A program made the translations under genes and the position numbers. The notes beneath the pieces are model-generated. The model made no database searches and had not been told where the DNA came from. It saw only the letters and a list, made by a program, of their open reading frames with translations. From contig CAWCKY010000004.1 in the NCBI GenBank assembly GCA_963796275.1, positions 768,001 to 832,000 of the forward strand: a stretch of 64,000 nucleotides of DNA, in the 5' to 3' direction. The stretch's first letter is position 1; every line of letters starts with the position of its first letter. Origin of the DNA: an uncultured Acidobacteriota bacterium (GTDB lineage Bacteria; Acidobacteriota; Blastocatellia; RBC074). Below are positions 61,173 to 64,000 of this stretch, piece after piece.

Positions 61173-63631
61173 CCAGACAACTGCTGCTCGCCTCACTCTT
61201 CGCGCTCTTCACCGCTACGCCCGTATTTGCGCAGGTGGATATCATCTACACCGGAACGGCGCAACCTTCCCTGGATTCCGCCACGATCACCGGGGCACAA
61301 CGCGGAACGACGGTCACAATGGATGTTAATGGCCGAAACCTCAGTGGAAACGGGGCAATCGGGGCACCCGGAGCAACTGAGGTAATCTTCAACAAGGCGG
61401 GATTCACCGCGAAGATTCTCGCCTCCGCTGAACGGCTGCGCGAGAAGCCCAAGGCCATTCCGCTGACGACCGTCATTGTGGACAAATCGACATTGAACCG
61501 CATCACTCTCGAGATAGCCATTGCCGCGTCTGTCGAGCCGGGCATTTACAGGTTCCGGCTGATAACCCCGATGGGAACTACTAATACGCTTCCTTTCGCC
61601 GTCACGCCATTTCCCGAAATAACTGAGCGCGGCATGAATCAATCGCTCGAGACCGCGCAGACGATCGCGCTGCCGGCAACCATTACCGGGAATATCGGTC
61701 GCCAGGGCGAGGCCGATTATTACAAGTTCAAGGCGCAGGCCGGGCAACAGATCGTCTTTGAACCGGTGGCTGCAGCCATCGGATCGCGGCTCAATCCCGT
61801 CATCTCATTATTTGACGGCGACGGAAATCGATTGGCGGCGAACGACGAGGTCAATCTCAAAGGCGAATCGCCGCTCGGTTACACGATCAAGGCTGAGGGC
61901 GAATATATCGTAAGCATCACCGACGCCGAACGCGAGGCTGGGCTTGAGTACCGTCTGAACGTTGGCGAGTTTGCGTACGTCACCGGCGCGTTCCCGCTCG
62001 GGATCAAGCAGGGTGCAGCCGGCAAGGTGGCGCTCAGCGGGTTCAACCTAAGTGGAAGTCAAAAGGTGACTGCCCCGGCGGTCGGATCTCGAGACGAACC
62101 GTGGATGATCCGCGGGAACGGCGCGAAGGGCGAATCGCTCAACCGTTTGCAATTGGATGCCGGACTGTATCCCGAAATAATCGAGGGCAGCCGCAACAAC
62201 ACGCCGGCATCGGCTCAGGCGGTGCAACTTCCGGCGACGATAAACGGGCGTATCTTCAGTAACAGCGAGGTAAAAAAAGAAGAAATTTCCAATCGACCTA
62301 TAGATGTCGATCAGAGTGCCGTTGCTGAAGATTACTTTCGATTCCACGCGAAGAAGGGGCAGAAGTTAATTCTCGAAGTCGCGGCCCAACGGTTCGGTTC
62401 GCCGCTCGATTCGGTGATCGAAGTCCTTGACGCGCGCGGCCTCCCGATTCCGCGCGCGGTCCTGCGGTCTCTGCTCGCCACCGAGACGACGCTGAGCGAT
62501 CGCGACTCGTTTACAGCCGGTCTTCGGCTCCTGAATTGGAGCGGGATGAGACCGGGCGACTATCTGTTGGCAGGCAGCGAGCTCGTACGGATCGAGAGGC
62601 TGCCCTTCTTTCCGGATGACGACACAATCGTGGCTAACTCCGACGGAATCCGCTACGGTTTTGAGGATACGACGCCGGAGACTCTCGCGATGGGGACGCC
62701 TGTTTACAAAGTTTCGATCCACCCGCCCGGATCGACGTTCTCTTCCAACGGATTGCCGGTCAGGACACTCTACTACCGCAATGATGATGCCGGCCCGCAT
62801 TATGGTTTCGCCGGAATGAAAGATTCGCGCCTGACCTTCACCGCTCCGGCGGATGGCGAGTACCTCGTGCGGATTCGCGACGTGCGCGGACTCTCGGGAG
62901 AGCGCTTCGCATATCGGCTCGCCATTCACGAACCACATCCGGATTTTTCTCTGGCCATCGAACCGGAGAACCCGAACGTGCCGCTCGGCGGGTCGCGCGA
63001 CCTGCGAGTGCGCGCCGTCAGGTGGGACGGTTTCGACGGCGAGATCGAGGTTAAACTCTTGAATGTTCCGGAGGGATTCACCGCGATGAATACGAAGATT
63101 CCTGCGGGTCAAAATTCCGGAGTCGTGATTTTATCGGCCGCGCCCGATGCGAAAGGTCATTTCGGGCTGCAGGCCGAGGGCGTTGCCACCATCGGTAAGC
63201 AGCGGGTCGTGCGCATAGTCCCGGTCGGTCAGGAGTTGAGCATCGTATCCGTCGCGCCGCCGCCCGAAGTTCTGGTATTCACGAAGGAACGACAGGTCGA
63301 CGTCGCGCCCGGCGCGGACGGATTTGTAAACATCAACATCAAACGGCAGGAAGGTTTCGCAGGGCGCGTGCCTTTCGATGTTGTCGGGCTGCCGCACGGA
63401 GTGACGCTGCGCGATCTTGGGCTGAATGGGATATTGATCACCGAAGGGGAATCGGCTACGCGGTTTCGTTTTGATGTTCAGCCGTGGGTTAAACCGCAGG
63501 AACAGCAAATATACGTCGTCGGAACGATCGAGACATCCGGACGGCAACAACAACGCTTTCCTGCCGCGCCGATTACCCTTTCGATCAAACCGAATAAACC
63601 GAAAGATAGCGCAGCGAACGGCACTCGGTGA
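61169..63631 (+). CDS. Secreted PPC (pre-peptidase C-terminal) repeat / Ig-like protein
   Basis: GAQRGTTV; two LPATI.G.I....EDY..F.A.KGQ...GS.LD repeats; DSRL.FTAPADGEY.VRIRD.RG; ATGA overlap with the WD40 gene. Confidence 0.82.
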   Translation: MTRQLLLASLFALFTATPVFAQVDIIYTGTAQPSLDSATITGAQRGTTVTMDVNGRNLSGNGAIGAPGATEVIFNKAGFTAKILASAERLREKPKAIPLTTVIVDKSTLNRITLEIAIAASVEPGIYRFRLITPMGTTNTLPFAVTPFPEITERGMNQSLETAQTIALPATITGNIGRQGEADYYKFKAQAGQQIVFEPVAAAIGSRLNPVISLFDGDGNRLAANDEVNLKGESPLGYTIKAEGEYIVSITDAEREAGLEYRLNVGEFAYVTGAFPLGIKQGAAGKVALSGFNLSGSQKVTAPAVGSRDEPWMIRGNGAKGESLNRLQLDAGLYPEIIEGSRNNTPASAQAVQLPATINGRIFSNSEVKKEEISNRPIDVDQSAVAEDYFRFHAKKGQKLILEVAAQRFGSPLDSVIEVLDARGLPIPRAVLRSLLATETTLSDRDSFTAGLRLLNWSGMRPGDYLLAGSELVRIERLPFFPDDDTIVANSDGIRYGFEDTTPETLAMGTPVYKVSIHPPGSTFSSNGLPVRTLYYRNDDAGPHYGFAGMKDSRLTFTAPADGEYLVRIRDVRGLSGERFAYRLAIHEPHPDFSLAIEPENPNVPLGGSRDLRVRAVRWDGFDGEIEVKLLNVPEGFTAMNTKIPAGQNSGVVILSAAPDAKGHFGLQAEGVATIGKQRVVRIVPVGQELSIVSVAPPPEVLVFTKERQVDVAPGADGFVNINIKRQEGFAGRVPFDVVGLPHGVTLRDLGLNGILITEGESATRFRFDVQPWVKPQEQQIYVVGTIETSGRQQQRFPAAPITLSIKPNKPKDSAANGTR

Positions 63632-63738
63632 AGATGGCTGAAGTCCGTTAAACGGGTGGGGACCAATCCCTTATTCTATCGAATCTGAACAACACGCTCT
63701 CAGTTATTCATGCGAAGGAACCCAGAACGGCAAAATGT

Positions 63739-63792
63739 GCGAAGAGGCAAAACCTTCAGGATTTTGCCTCTTTCGCGGTTGTTTTCTTTGTT
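63739..63792. terminator. Rho-independent terminator-like hairpin between convergent genes
   Basis: gcgaagaggcaaaa...ttttgcctctttcgc followed by a T-rich tract. Confidence 0.6.
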
Positions 63793-63822
63793 TCCCCCCT
63801 GACTTTTGCGGTCAACAATTTA

Positions 63823-64000
63823 TTACATTCTCAATAAATTGATATCACCCGAAACCGTTGATAGCTTCAGATTACGCGAGCCGTTTCCCAGACGCCCGTT
63901 GGCGCTGCGGCCGGGTCCGTGCTTCTTCTCTTCGACCTGAAGCGGAAAATCAGTTTTTAAATCGCCGCTCAATGTTGACATCTTCACATCAGCGTCCAGG
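63823..64000 (-). CDS. 3' end of a DUF4097-like beta-strand repeat protein (5' part outside window)
   Basis: Translates [19 protein letters not shown]...[24 protein letters not shown]. Confidence 0.7.
   Translation of the reverse strand, partial: LDADVKMSTLSGDLKTDFPLQVEEKKHGPGRSANGRLGNGSRNLKLSTVSGDINLLRM

Overview
Gene-dense, GC-rich bacterial DNA, most consistent with Acidobacteriota (Blastocatellia-like). This is inferred from nine 'acidobacterial duplicated orphan permease' (ADOP, MacB/FtsX-type) loci: five full-length or near full-length, three internally collapsed and one C-terminal remnant. Main modules: (i) a form I aerobic CO dehydrogenase cluster (coxMSL with the AYRCSFR motif, two XdhC-family genes, mocA, coxD, coxE, a lone IscU/SufU-like gene, coxG); (ii) a Planctomycete-type four-gene operon of unknown function (DUF1501, DUF1549/DUF1553 cytochrome, cytochrome-WD40, PPC-repeat protein); (iii) assorted hydrolases, oxidoreductases and transporters, including two unusual fusions; (iv) a secreted 8-Cys miniprotein. 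Many intergenic gaps hold inverted-repeat structures. These include a family of heptamer-repeat hairpins with a conserved core oriented with transcription and often a shared Shine-Dalgarno tail, GTAG-type REP-like palindromes, a ~490-bp nested composite palindrome and a TA-flanked MITE candidate. About seven genes carry single-base frameshifts, probably uncorrected sequencing indels. No tRNA, rRNA, CRISPR array or transposase was recognised. All domain calls come from motif recognition by eye, not database searches.
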